The notes beneath the pieces were generated by a model. It worked only from the letters and a program-made list of their open reading frames with translations. It was not told the origin of the DNA and made no database searches. A stretch of 64,000 nucleotides of DNA from NCBI GenBank assembly GCA_040954595.2, contig CM082576.2, forward strand, positions 14,015,129 through 14,079,128. Reading direction: 5' to 3'. Origin of the DNA: Balanoglossus misakiensis (Eukaryota > Animalia > Hemichordata). Below are positions 40,301 through 55,300 of this stretch, piece by piece (the stretch's first letter is position 1; every line of letters begins with the position of its first letter). The translations under genes and the position numbers were made by a program.

Positions 40301-43300
40301 TGTAAGAGCGCCCTCAAGTGGTGACAAAAACAAACTTTTGCAACACTCGACCGACCGACCCAGAGCGGCCAATGAGAGAAAGGGTGAAATGATCTTTAAC
40401 ACGGTGTTGTACCCACAGAAACCTGACCACCTCAAAGCATGTTGATTGGCCCAAAACCTGCCAGGATATCCCCAAGTTCACAATGGCCTGGTATTTTCCA
40501 CCCGTAGCTTGTCCCGTCGCTCAGACAAGTGATCTAACCTTCGCTGTCAAGTGATGCATGACTTGGTATGTCAAGTATTGGCTACTGTGCAACACGTTGA
40601 CAAACAAAAAACCTGGAGAGTTTGCCCAAGAAAAGCCAACAGCAACCGGCTACTCCTTTCTAAGCTCATAAGAACATTCTTGTCTTGGAAAAATTGTACC
40701 TGTATTTCTGTCTCCTCTAATTCCTCAAATAGGAATTGGCTTTACGGTAACAACAGATTTCAATACCACTCATCAAGATCAGCCAAAGCATCTCCAGGGA
40801 CATAATCTTGTAGAACAGTGATTAATAAATAATTATTTGAGTTACGGATTCACCTTCACTTCAAATGAATGGCTGCTAAATCATAGCCTCAAAAACCGCA
40901 ACCGTTTCCGGTGACCCAGACATACCCCGAATCAGGAGTGTCTTGTGTTTATCCAACATCTTTATCAGCCAAGCTCAGTTTATGAGCATTCTCTTCAATT
41001 ATTATAGATTGATGTGGACAGTGTGCGCCAATCCTTGCAGGTATTTTATTTAAACAAAGCGGGTTTGGGAAAAGTCAACAATGGAGCTGTCCTCTGTGTT
41101 GACTCGGGTCCCCGCGGAACAATTACAAAAATACTACACACCTCAAGTTGCCATGAAGTGTCCAAACACAAGCGCATTCTTTTCACAAATCTAGTTCTTA
41201 CACGACTCAAGTACGCAGCGATTGAGAAATACTCCAAACGCCATTCAAGCCACCTTGTGTCCCAAAATCCCGCTTTAATCTTCTATTTACAATGGGGCAA
41301 AGTTGTAAAGCTTTATGTGGGGAGAAGGCTTGAGATCTCGCACCGCCGTGCGAAGATTTCTCACGTACACGCCACACTCACAAACCACCGAAAAGCATGA
41401 TGCATGGCATCTGGGTCAAAGGGCAAAGCTGCCTCTTTCTCCGTCGACGACTTCGCCAAACTGCAAGTTGTTGAGGCCGTATTTAATTTACTTGGGGAAT
41501 TGACAACGCAGGCCAGTTAACCTGTCAAAGAAAGGGGGCAATTTGAAGTATCCAGTGCTGCCTGACCCAGAAAAAAAAACACACCATTCAACAAGAGAGA
41601 CCGGTTTAAGAGGCGACAAGAAGTACCCCATCGGAAAAACTGCTTCAGACTTGAAAAGGCCCAAAACTCATTTCAATACTGGCACTAGCAGCAGTGCAAT
41701 TGCCTGGCTTGTACACCGAGATGACATTTGAAAAGCTTGAAATCAACTTATACATCACTAATCTTATCAGAGATTGGAACATCGAATAGCTGATGGGATA
41801 TAGGAGCCCCTTTCATATATACATGTACCCCCTTTGCCGTGGGGTACACTAAATAAGATCTAAATTTGATCCGATTACTACCTGCATATGTATAAAATAT
41901 AGCCCTAAGTAGAACATAAGTTTAAACTCTCCTCTCCTACAGACGAAACATTTAAAACTCCCTTCGAGACAGACTTTTAATACCTCTTCAAGACAGTCTG
42001 TTTAATAGATGGGCTTGTCTTGCCAAAACAGAGTCACTTTTAAGAGGCAATAACAGGAAGACTCTTTCGCCTTCTGTTTCAAGACAGCAATAGATGAAGA
42101 TGTTTTAGTCCGAATTGATTCGCCAATCCTGCCTAGTGTACCAACACATCTAAAATGATCAATTTTAAAAATTGGTAACAATATTATGATACTGCTAACA
42201 GATGATATATATTACTGGTAGAATCTTTTATATTTTGCACCAGTTATCAGAGAAGAGTCCAGAATAGCAGAATGGGACCTATTTCAATCTGTATGCTAAT
42301 TTCTGAGCCAACAGAGCAACAAACCCTTTCCAGCTTAATTCCACACTCTATTTTCTCTATGTAAACTCTGTATACCGGTGCAACTGTTATTCCTTTTGCA
42401 GAAACATCTAACTGTGAATTCAGAATCAGAGTCATTCAAAATTCTACTACTTCCTAGGAGTTTGTCCAGTTTTTCTGACTGAGGTCCAATTATCATTTTC
42501 CTGATTCATATAAACAGTGCAGGAATTTCATTCAAGGCTTCTTTGCTCATCAACATTTCTTGTTGACGGAAGTTGACCCTGGTTAGATCAATTTAATTGG
42601 ACTTCCTAGGGGTGAAGTATAAGCACTTTTCCAGAACTTTTAATGACTATCCAGAGGTGAACTCAAATTCCAGAACTTCTCAGGATTTTCCCATGCGTAT
42701 GTAAAGCCTGGAGTTTTCCTGATATCGACGAATGCCACAACAGATAGCCAAAAAACACGGAAGTGATTCCCTCTTTCAAACACCGATTCATTTGTTCCTG
42801 GCGCATCCGTGCGAAAACAGATACAAGTCTAAAAAAAATCAGATTTCAATCTCCATCAAATTTTCACAAAGGAATCATCATCTCAAAAGAGGTAACAGAT
42901 GAACTCAGCATTCTTCTGCCGAGATCAACAATCAGACTGCATGATTAGCAGGAACCGAGTCAAATGACCTTGCAACGTATGAAAAGAATGTGAACCAAGC
43001 TCATCAACTATCAATCTAAATGCACTATTTTTTTCCAGAAAAACTATTGCTAATATATGTAACATCAGGTATCATTAGAATTCCACCCTATTTTAGATAT
43101 CATTCCTATTTTGCACTATTTCAAGGGTACATGTATGTGATACTGGAAACAGATGTAATATGTTTAGAGTATCATGTTACCAAAGGTGCATTTTCAATTA
43201 CAGATCTCTGGAATTTTCTCATTAATACCCGCTTTCAAACTTGTGACAGCAACAGAATGAGGTAAATTTAGCTGACAAAATGTAATAATTGAGCCACTGA

Positions 43301-46300
43301 ATGATGCTGTTATGATGGGGGGGGGGGGGGGGGGGAATAGCTGAAATGGAGTCTGAACTGAAAGAACCGTTTGAGAAACTAGCAACATCTTTCATGAAAT
43401 GCATTCATATAGAGAGATCCAAAAATATTCAGACAATAACAACATTTGCCGTACAGATATTTTTTTTTATATAAAATTCTTGAATTGGTGAAGACAGCTG
43501 GTGGAATTTTACAAAGACGTACATTTATTTTCAGCTTATTGATTGAATTGGATGTGGGTTGCTAAATTCAATTAGTAAATCTTCTCTGGTGATCTGCTGT
43601 GCGAGTATTGATTGATATGCTTTCAGTTCAATTGGTCTGTGGTTGATGGTTCATCTCCAGTCAAATCTGTGCGAACAACACACTGTAATTCAGTCATGCT
43701 ACTTGGATCTGTAGCTTTGGGTTCAGTGTTGTATGAACACTGATCCAAACAGCCCTGATATGAAGAGAATTTTGGACAAATCTTAAACTAGGCTTTTGAT
43801 TTGGGGGTTGCATATTTTCATACGTTGTTATTATTTTGTATATTACACATTTCAGTGGAAGTATATATGCATCTTGAAAAATTAAGAGGTTCTCTGTGTC
43901 GATTGTCTCCCCCAACCCCCCGAATAATGTCAGGGTGACTTTTTCTCGTAGACTTAAATCAGTCCAGAGCTGATTGTCAAAATGCACAACACTGGACGAA
44001 CAGTCATGGCTAGTTATACTTTGCGAAACAACGAAACAGCGAAACGAAACAGCGAAACGACGAAACCATTATTAAAATAGGGGCCAGTCATCAAGACGGT
44101 GGCGTATGATTTTTTAAAAAGTTTCCAAAAAAGTTCCTGGTCTGCGGCCTGGTACTAGTGGTTGCGCGCCAAAAAAGAATCCCGCCCCAAAAGGTCAATG
44201 TACGAGTATATTCACAGGGCTAAGGATTAGTTGAAACAAAGCAGTAGTGTCCGTAAGCTTTCGAGGGTCAAACACTGATGGGGGTAAGAGTAGTAGTTAT
44301 ATATAGAAACACATGTAACTCACACAACACAGTATCATTGTCGAAATTTCTTTATTATCTTAATTGCAATTCATGCCTCCCCGCCTTGTGGTATTTAAGG
44401 AAATAGTGACAGTTGCTGCCGCATTTTGAGGTTTCGATCTTTTGTGGTTTCGTTGTGCGCGCGCGTATATTCACTGTGTATATGTAGCAGTTTGGCATGA
44501 ATCGTTTGCGCGCACACGACGTCGACTCTACCACTACATAGTACCAGGCCGCAGACCAGGAACTGGCGACCCGCCGTTTGTTTCCAACGTCAAATTTGAT
44601 TCTAATGTTGAATTTCCGAGAAAACAATTTATCTGACCTGTAGTTTTCTTGGCTCGCTTACGTTTTAATTTGGAAACTTTTAAAAAAATCATACGCCACC
44701 GTCTTGATGACTGGCCCCTATTTTAATAATGGTTTCGTCGTTTCGCTGTTTCGTTGTTTCGCAAAGTATAACTAGCCACAGTCATTTGTATTTTCTCACG
44801 AGACCGTCAAACCAAGATACGCCTCTGATCATATCCATTATCTTGTCCACAGATTACGTAGGCAATCTTTGAGGTACTGTAAAGGGCACACAGCAGCAGA
44901 AACCAGAGTATATGGGATGAAGATCATTTTAACCTCTATACTGTAAGATCAATTTTGGACAAAAACTCGGGCAAGGGTGGGGATGGGGATTGGGGGTGAT
45001 AACACGACCAACACACAAAACTGGAAAACTTAACATGAAACGATTGTGTATGTTACTGTATATTGACTTGCATTGCATGCTAAACTGTTACAGAATTACC
45101 TTCTCACTTAATTTTATGAAAACAATGATATTCAATCGCCTTGAAGACACCCACAAATTAAACGATACCGGTTTAATGAACAGTGAAGTGAATATCAGCT
45201 GGAGGACATGGGTGGGACTCCAACTAGGATTCGTTTCAAATTTGGATTGAGATGCTGGTGACAGTAAGGCTGTACTTTGGATTCATACGCTCAATCATCA
45301 TCTGAATTGAACATTACCCCTCAGGAACATCACTACCTAGGGTTGCGGCTTGTAATCTTTTAACTCCGGTGTTTTTCTATAAAAGTCATGTCATCATGAA
45401 ACGCAAAAAAATCATACAGATTGCTAATGGGCATTGCAGAGAAGGGTTAGTGATACTGACGCCATGTATATTTGGAGTAATGTATTTTCATCCACATGAT
45501 TCTACTGAAGGAAGAATTCAACCAATTCTATTTTAACAAACAATGCACAGTATTTCTCATTGTTTCAATGAAATCATATTTAAGTATTGGAATTAAATTT
45601 GGATATGGTTATGAAAACAACCCACCAAAGACAAAATATTCTGGCAGCTACATAAAACATTTGAACGTTTCCACATTTTTTAGAGCAAAAGTACCAATTA
45701 TGATTTCCACCATCTACTTGTGTTGTTTAAAAGCAATTATCAGATCACAGGTGTATCCAGTATTGATTAATAATGTAAAATAAATATCTGCAATATTTCT
45801 GGTTTTTGTTTGAGACAAAACATACTTTTTTACACAAGTGACACAAAACCGACAGCTTATCATAACTCGTAATCTACAATGAGGGATTTGCATCAGATGT
45901 TTGGATGCATAAAATGCCTAGAGATGTCTATTCTGTCTAGAGACTTTCATAAAATGACTGTTTTTTTTTAAAGAAATCAATTTGATCATTTGAGGTGGGA
46001 TTAAGAATTTGCTTCAACTAACACAGCTTGGCTTGCTCCCAGCTGTTTCACACAAGTTCATTGCCAGACTCAGATGTTCATTTCCATGGCAACACAAACT
46101 CCCACAGAGACTTCCTTTGTTGCTCAGTTTCTGTTTTTTCAGCCCGACATCAAAACAGCCTAAGTTACAGGGTTTTGCAATCATTTTTACAGATGAAGTG
46201 CTTTTGGGTTAAAATTTTGCCAGACACGAGCAAAGTGGTTAATATTGACTTTAACCTTTTATAGATATCAATAATCTACCCAGGCAGGTTAACATGCACG

Positions 46301-49300
46301 TACCATATGAATAATTAATAATTTATCTTATAAGTACTTGCCAGTAAAATAACACAGTTAAGGAGACACCGTTGCTTCTGAAATATTGAGTTGTGTTAAT
46401 AACACACTGTAAAATTTCAGTCTGTCCTTTGCAAACTACAATGTACAATTGTATACCAGACTAATTTTGCACGTACAAGACTGGATTAATTAATTTTTCT
46501 TTACAATCAGCTGTGAGAATCTGCAGGTTGATTAAATGTAATATTCAGTAGCATGTTTCAAAGAACAAATTACAGTAAAATGATCTTGCAAGAGATTTTA
46601 CAAACCTCTTTTCAAATCATGACTGATCTAAATTACTATAAGCCGTGGATGAAAACCATGAACAAAATTATAGATGAACGTCAAATGATGTCATGCAAAT
46701 TTACGAGAATGCTGACTGGTGTCACTTTCATTGTATGTAAATTGAGCAGAACAGAACTGAAATAGACCTGATATCACTCATAATACAATTTCGGCCATTG
46801 TCTTCTAATGACTATCCTTCCTTCCCAGCACATGTTGTTATTGTTTTCGAAAACCAGTACAGGTTATTGTATGCAAATTAAAATCAGCCCATAATACCAG
46901 CATGTTTTAGTATCCATGGCAACTAAACAATCTTCCAAATTCACGGTTGCATAATAACATGAGGGAAAAGTGTCAGATTACTGTATTTTCATGTATTTAA
47001 TGTATTCTCATGCATTTCATTCCTTGGGTCAAATGAATGTAATACACATATTTTATAATCCTGAGAAGCATGAAGATTTATTTGCTGAGCTGAATGACCT
47101 AAAATTTCCAATAAAATGAACCAAAACAGAGACTGAAGTAATCATGCCCAGACAAATAATTCTGAAGCAACGATAACTTTCAATATAAACACACGCCCAT
47201 CACCAAAGACCATCAAGGCTAACTGACAGCATATGCGTGCATGGTCAAGTGAAATTTACGAGTAATTAACTTATATATGTATGATTGATGAGTACGTGTA
47301 CTGATTCCGCTGACCTACATACTGAAACCAAGTGTTCCGGAATCTTCCTTGCCTGTCAGCATCAATAAACATGTCTTGGCATGTATAGGGAATATTTCAC
47401 GAATAAACTGAAGGTACAGACATACAATGTGGACCATAACACAGGTTTAAACTCCTCCATATGATTATGTGACCTCGGATTAGAGACACTACCACATAAA
47501 GTAAGAAATGCAAATGTGAAGACTGGCTTCTCACAACCTTGTCACAGGTAATACTAGAGTTCCAATTTATGAATTACAGAGATAAAAAAATACAAGAGAT
47601 GACAGCACAAATATTGTCTGGACAATGATTTTTCACAAAAGTGATGATCTGAATAGTAAACCGAAACCCAAGAACCTCTGATGTTGCAAAATTTACTGTC
47701 ACACCAAAACACAGTATTTTGACTCAATGGAAAGTGTTTGACAATAGAAGACAAAAAAAATCTGCAGTACAATCAGGGTGAGTTCACGAGACAGCATTTC
47801 CACACTGACTATTTCAGTCCTTGCATCATATAGATAATGGAACCTCATGGCTACAGGTCACCCCAACAGATGCCGCAAACAGAATCGTAAATACCAACCA
47901 TTCTAACCAGTAACTGACCATATGGACTGGACAATGTAGAAATTAGTCAGGCGACATTTTTGTCAATATGTAATTATCATACAATAACATCATTCGTGTC
48001 CTCCCCGACAATACCAGAGTCGACCAATGGCGACATCTCAATGCCAAGAAGCCATGTATATCCACAGCTGATGATGGTTACAGTACATGAAGGTGTATAT
48101 AATGATCTGCCTTGAAAACAGCATGTGACACATTGAGGACAACATACATGTACTAAGATGCTACAGCCCAATTACACAACAAGGTCACGAATGGGGAATT
48201 TCCAATGTGGTATAATTCTGTGGATGACATATTGGAATGGCACGTGGAATATACACACAACGACAGAGTGTATCAAGACAATACCATTTAAACTCACCAC
48301 AAACAAACAAAACAAAAACGAAACACGACAAGACATTTATCCTAGTAGACAAAACTGACAAGTCCCTAATGCTTTTTTGTCCTTTCCTTCATCTTACCTG
48401 GGTTTCCAGAGACTTCTGTTGAAATAAATTTACGGCCGAAAAATAAACAACGCCCCAACAAAAAATTAAACCAGATTTGAAAACAAAACGGGGTGACCGG
48501 GATGAAGGGCAGAGAAATTAGTAACAATTGTCCCGATACAAAATGGCAGCGGAGAAAGAGAAAGAAAGAAAGAGAAAGAGATAGTATGGAATTTGCTTGG
48601 GTTAGTGGAATAGATGTTAATGTGTGAATTTTTTTAGTTTTTTTTGTGTGTGCGTGTTGTCAGTGAGAAAATGAGAATTAGCCAAGTTTATCAGGGAAAC
48701 ACTGAATGGGAAAGAGGCTACAAAAAGAAGGGTCGGAGGGATTGTTTAGCAGCTAAATTATCGGCCAAATAAAGGCAATATATGTGCCGAGAAGAAAGCT
48801 ATTTCTCTAAAATCAAAGAATCTAAGAAAAACGTGCAGAGATTTTTTAATCTAAAAATTCTATTTTTTTTTTCACTTTTGAAATAGTCATCTTAATGAAA
48901 TACTTAATAATTATTCACATTATTTTTACATATTCTGAAGACGGATCGTTTCTCCGATTTTTCATTTGATGAAAAAATGCAGGCATTTTAATAGAGTTCA
49001 GAGAACAGTCAGTACGTTAATACATGGAAGGAGACAGTGTTATTTATCAACAGAAATTGGAAGTGACACTCGATAAAATTACACAGTGCTTAAATTCTAA
49101 ATCTATCCCTACACCTATATCAGTTACATGAACACATGTGACACCGAGTTTTCGAGTGTGCGCACAACGCATGCAAGAATACAGCAAAACCCTTGTGGAT
49201 TGTAGTTTCCATTTACACTTTATTATACTGTTCGTGCATATGTGGTTTTAACATTGAGAAAACATTCCATGATTCAATCTTACCCTCAACATCACATTCA

Positions 49301-52300
49301 AAGACATACAACAGACCGATAGACAGACAGACTCTGATTGACAGATGCATGCACATACAAAAACCATGTCTGTACCACACATAAGAAGTATGGACATGGG
49401 GGAAAAAATGACTGAAAATGATAGGTTATCACACAGCCATCCAATTTCATTTCTCTACAAACGTTGTCCTGATCTCAATCTCGCTGGCTCATTTCAAACA
49501 CAGTCAGCACACACCCAAGAGATCTCCACTGTATCAAACAGTAATAAGCAACAGCTGTGATGTTTTTTCTTTCCCCCCGGAAATCAAAAGGGTAGACTGG
49601 GAACAGAACACACCAGCACACACACACACCTTCATTTACAAGTTCATGATTTTATATTTATTTGTGGATATGCACTTCTTGACTTTTGTCATGGCCGTCT
49701 TTAATACTGTAAAACGGGTTATTTTCGCGAGCAATAAATTTTCACGAAATACGCAAGAGCCAACAAAACGCGAAAATAAAAAGTCGCATAAACCTGTTTT
49801 TTGGAGATAATGCAGTGAAATACGAGAAGGCGAAAATTAATCCTCGCGTAACAGTTGTCTCTTTTGATATCGCGAAAATTTCCCGTCGCGAAAAATAACC
49901 CGTTTTACAGTATGACAGGGAATAATAACAACGGATAACAGACATGAGTGTATTTAAAGAACTTGTTGCTACCAAACCACCAACACCTACAACAACAAAA
50001 AGAATGTTAGACTAATCAGGTTGGTTACCTTCATAACAGGTTTCTCCGGTGTAGCGCGAGTTCGTACAGTCGCAAATGAACCGATTCCATCCCTCGCTGC
50101 AGATTCCCCCGTTCCTGCACGGCTGCGTGGGACACTGCGGTTCCTGGGCGCTGCAGTAGACGCCCACGTCCGGAGCGGCCGTCGAACGGGCGATCTCCGC
50201 CAGGTCCACACTCCCTCCGTTCATCACCAGATCCCTCAAGCAGCCCACGAAGCCGTAGCCCAACATGCCGGACCACATCTCCCGGGGCAGCTTTTCGGCG
50301 TTCTGGCTGGAGTCGGTGCCGCCGATGAAGAAGTTGCCCTCCAAGTCGAGCTGCTCGCTGGCTCCGCTGACCAGGAACGGCATGACGTCTGTATCCACCT
50401 GCAATGCAAACAATGCCACACAATTATAACTTGTACAGGTATACACACAATGAATTAAATTAACAGTGAATAAGTTCCCTAAATTCTTACAGAACAATCT
50501 TACTTTACAAACCTACATGTATGAACATTTGCACTTGCAATTTTACACTTATCAGATGGCGATTTATTCTGATGACAAAATCAAAACCAAAGGTTGAGAT
50601 ATTCTTATTCATTCTTCCAGGAGATACTGTAAAACATTTTATTTTCACGAGCAATAATTTTTTGCCACATACGCTAGAACCAAAATAGCGCGAAAATAAA
50701 AAGTCGTGTAATTTTTTTTTGAAGATAACGATGCAGTGAATGAAATAAGAGAACGCGAAAATTAATACTCGCGAAAGAGTGGCCTCTCTCGATATCGCGA
50801 AAATTCCAACTCGCGAAAATAAAGTGTTTTACAGTAGTTTTGCTCACTGTAAAACAAGATGATTGCAACAGAAGACTTCTCTCACCTGAACCGAGCCCTC
50901 CTTCCTGTCTTTTTCCAGTTTCACAAAATGCCACTGACCGTCGTTGAGCTTGTTCGGGTGACATTTCAACTTGATGGCGCCAGACCCAAGATCCAGGATC
51001 ATGTTGAGGTATCCGTCCAACAACTCCATGGCGAAGAAATCCGACATGGCCTTCTCTCCGTTGTTGTACATCAGGACTCCGTTGGGTTCATTAGTACGGA
51101 ATCGATAAGACAGAAAACCGGACATCTGGGAAATAGAGAAGAAAAAATCAATCTGAATTCAAGGCACGAAACCTTGTGATTGATAGAGCTGCTAAAGAAC
51201 AGACTTTTCTTCATCTGTCATTCTGGATGACCAAATGTAATTTCATGGCAACCTGGCTTGTTCATCACATGCTCGGAATGTCATGATTTCTCCCTCTCCC
51301 AGCTATGATCCCCACATGGAGACCTTTGCTTACACTCATGTCAGAAAACACATTTATCTCAGTAAATCAACCGCTCACATATAACCAATATGATAATTTT
51401 CACTCGCATTTTAATATGGAATGTCTTTATGTTGTCTCTTCACTTGCACGACTCCATGGCCTATCCTACAGCAATTTTTTGATAACTCTCTCATTTGTGT
51501 TCCCATGTACCAAGTAATGGTTACATCTGAGGTATGCTGATGATTCTGTTTTACATAACAGTCAGTGTTGAGAGAATGCCATGTATAAGGACCATTTTTT
51601 TTTCTTTCCTTTGCGACGATGGCCATAAAGATTTTCACTGATATAGCAAACTTAATGCAGTGATTGGGTGTCAATGTGTGTGTGTGCGCAAGCGCGTGCA
51701 CGTGTGTGTGGTGAAATTGCCTTCCTGAATAAAACATTTGTACACAATTCAAACACTGTTTTTCTTTTATTACATGCTACAAAATGCAATCACCGGTAAC
51801 CTCTACTTTTACAACGAATAAAACTCCCTCTCATTACTGTAAAGAGCTCTTCAATTTTTCTCCATGAAGTCAGGTGAATTTTTTTAGAACAGAATACCTA
51901 GCCCCAGCTACTCTACAATAAAATTCTTCAACACATCTTCAGGTTTTGACCTCTGACCTAGAGCTTGTTAACAGCAAGGAGAGGACACTAAGTTTGACCT
52001 TGACAGTGCCGAAACTACTTGTAAATTCCAACTTGCTGTCACACACATGTCCTCAGGCTTGTGTTAAGCCACACCTTACAGGGAGCAAGACAATGGAACA
52101 ATGGTACAATATAAGATGGGCGATATGTGAAGAGTTTTGAGAGGGCAAAAGTCACTACTCCCTTTATGTTTTAAATTATGGTCATGTTGTATAGATCTGT
52201 GTTGCATCTAGACTGTAGTGTGGTATGCCTTGCCTGGCAAACATGGAAGGGGGACCAGTCCTGTGATAGGATGACAGCCAATCAAACCACTCTGGTCACT

Positions 52301-55300
52301 GTGTAATTATAAATGCATGCTTGCTGGTAACAACTGACCAATCAGGGGAGAGTATCACAAGTACACTGACTTTCACCAAGTGTGGCCAGAGATATTAATT
52401 GTTTGTATTCCTAGCCCTTGATTGTTACATTTTTAAGATGACTGTTTTGTATAATTTTGCTTAGTTTTTAGTTTTCTGAGGATGGGGGTGCACACTTAAT
52501 CATCAGGAACCTTTCCCAACCACCATCAGTGGGCATGGGGTATTCTGATGGCTGTTTTTTTTAACCCTGTCACCCCAGTAGACGTCCACACTTTAGAAAA
52601 CAATAGGTTTGGGCTGAACCATGGTGGTGAAAGGGTTAATGACAATTATGATTGGAGGGGCAACTGCAATGTGGGGAAATGCTAGATGCAAGCGGCAGAA
52701 CAAAATGAATTGAAAGGCCAACACCTTGAAATTGACTGACGCAGGCCTCATTTGAGCGGACAATGAACACCTTGTGGTAGAGGAGAGTCTTTCTGTGACA
52801 TCATCGCCCAGAGTGAACCACAAATCACCGGATTTTACCACAAGTCACTGATAACCAGCAACAGTTTCGACAAGTGTTTCCAAGATGTGCCTTATGTTTG
52901 AAGGCTCTGCAGAGTGTGAATTAATATCACCAGTAAAATTTTATTTGTGTCATATAATGTAAGACCTTTAGAAACTGGAAACAGTGTCTGCCTGTTTCTA
53001 ATCTAAGAAGGAGCTTTGTGAGGGTGTTTCATACACAAAGTCGTATCCCACTCAATAATTCCTAATCCCTCCCCTAAAATTGTGGCAAGGGGGCACACAA
53101 TCCCCTTACTGTGGCACCCTGTGTGAGATTCTTGTATGAGAAGTGGTCATTATTGCTGTAACCATGGCAGCAAGCTGAGTGTATGGGTGTCAAAGCTCTT
53201 CCCTCATCTGGGGTACAGGACACCATGCAGGTATGATGTCCTGCCTCATATCCAAAAAACAAGACACATTAATTTCTGTGCAAGCACTGGGAGAGCAAAA
53301 CTCCGACACTCGGCAATGCAGACTACGCATAAATCATCCGCCATGAGGCCGTAATCAAAGCAATGTCAATACACGACCTTCCCTACTTCTTTGCTTTTTC
53401 CTGGTGATGTGTTGGTCGTGGCGTTGCAGCTAGCAAATCTGCTGACTTCTCAACATTATATCTTTTAATGCATTAATGGTGGAGGGGAGTGGATGTACAT
53501 GTACATGTATAACCAGGGTGTTTTAAGTGCACACGACCATTTGCAGTAAAATCAACTTTTACAGCGTCTGCTGTGCGTTGATAGTTGGCAGTGCCGACTT
53601 AAAAACCCATTTAATCGCTTACTTCGGCTCGCGAGGGCTTGCCGTAAAGCGTCTGCAGAAGGTGGCAAAGTTCAACACAAACTTGAGAGGCCAACATACA
53701 GGGTTGTACGTACGCTGTCTGGAATCTGGCAGATTTAGGTCATTACATTCTAGCGTACGGTGTTGGAGTAACGACACCTATAGGGATAATTAGCAGCTAT
53801 TAGCGAGCTTCTCAGAGAGGCTAGCGCGCATCGGCAGATATACACCCTGGGAACAGATACAGGGACTAGACATGTTGGAATGCAAGACCGCGCGATAAGA
53901 GCCCCCTGTCAGAACGTTTTATTTCTGCACTTTGTCAAGTTGAGAGTTAAGCAACTAACCTTTGCATCCCATTTATCCACTGCGAGATAGGCTTCAGGGG
54001 TGGTGAAAGTGACTGGGTCCATTTGCTCCACGTCTTTGCACGAGAAGGGCACGTTGCCGCTGACCGAAATGTAATTATCCGCCTTCCTTGCCAGCGTCGA
54101 CAATTCCAGAGTCAGGGAACTACTCGTGTATGTAACCTATAAGTGAAAAAAAAAGAAATGCAAATATAAACTTCAGTCAGTTTCACAATCCCTCTCTTTC
54201 ATTTTTGTTTTCACAGAAACAAATTTCAAGTGCTCGCCATCATTAAACCAGTCAAGGCATATACAATTATAACCAGAAACATGCAAATAGGGACCTATTT
54301 TTGGCAACTTGTTTGGGAAAAGTAATTGGATTCCACCAAAGGTGATAAATGCAAGTACTGGCATAGTTTGGGATTAATCATGATGGTCAGTAAAGACAAG
54401 CTGAAATAAAAATAGACATTTACTGCAAAAGCTACCATACTTATACCAATGCTTCATGTATGTTATCTGTACATGGCATTCCAAAAGATGCACTTTCAAT
54501 ACAGCTCTCCATTTGCTCTATATCAGTCTTTTTCCCCTTTTAATCTGTTTATCGGAAAGAATCAGCTCAATACAGCTTTATCACGATAAATATTTTTACA
54601 CTGCGCCCTTTTAAAATGTTGCCTTCACACACTTTAATCTCACACAATCTTTTTTTTATTAAAACCAATGTCAAATTCTAGTGTCAATGCAAGGCAGTGT
54701 TTTCACTGTTTTCATCAACTACTTTGATAAACCGCAACCAACTGCACCAGCTGTTGTGCCATCGACAATTTATGTCGATCCTCAGTATATTGTACATGTA
54801 CATGTACATGTACATGTAGGTGTTGAGGTTTCTAGTCAGCTCAAAACAATCTATGCAGACATGCTAAGGTTGCCCCAGAGTCAGACTATGTATTTAAATT
54901 AAGGTGAGGACAGGTTTCAGCTGGTCCTGGTCTCAGTCAGAACTCATTATCCATGTTCATTTTGGACACAGACAAGAGGAAGGGGGAATTTAATTTAAGA
55001 AACTGAGTGAGGTACTGGCTTCAAATATGTACGTGTACATGTATTAAAGGGAAATGCGATCAACACATCCAAATCAAGGTCCTCGAAAAATTGCAGGATT
55101 GTGAACAAGATTTCTGCCAGTGCAAAAACCCTTGATTCTCATCTTGCAGAGTTCGAGAAAAACTGATAAACCCAGATGGCATTACACACTACGACTTGGT
55201 ATACTTTTACCTCCCATCCAGAGTTATGCTGAATACTTTCAGGCACATTTGCACGGAGTCACGCGCGGGAGACACATTAATGTAATTCCAGTCGGACTAA

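Noticed and set aside
54790-54818. Recurrent TACATG/TGTACA runs and poly-G/C tracts throughout the window
   Set aside because: Low-complexity background scattered across the window; no locus-specific structure.
55211-55228. 18-nt AG/GT-bounded in-frame segment (HNSGWE) in a neurexin intron
   Set aside because: No polypyrimidine tract, and it would interrupt the last strand of LNS2; likely a chance match.
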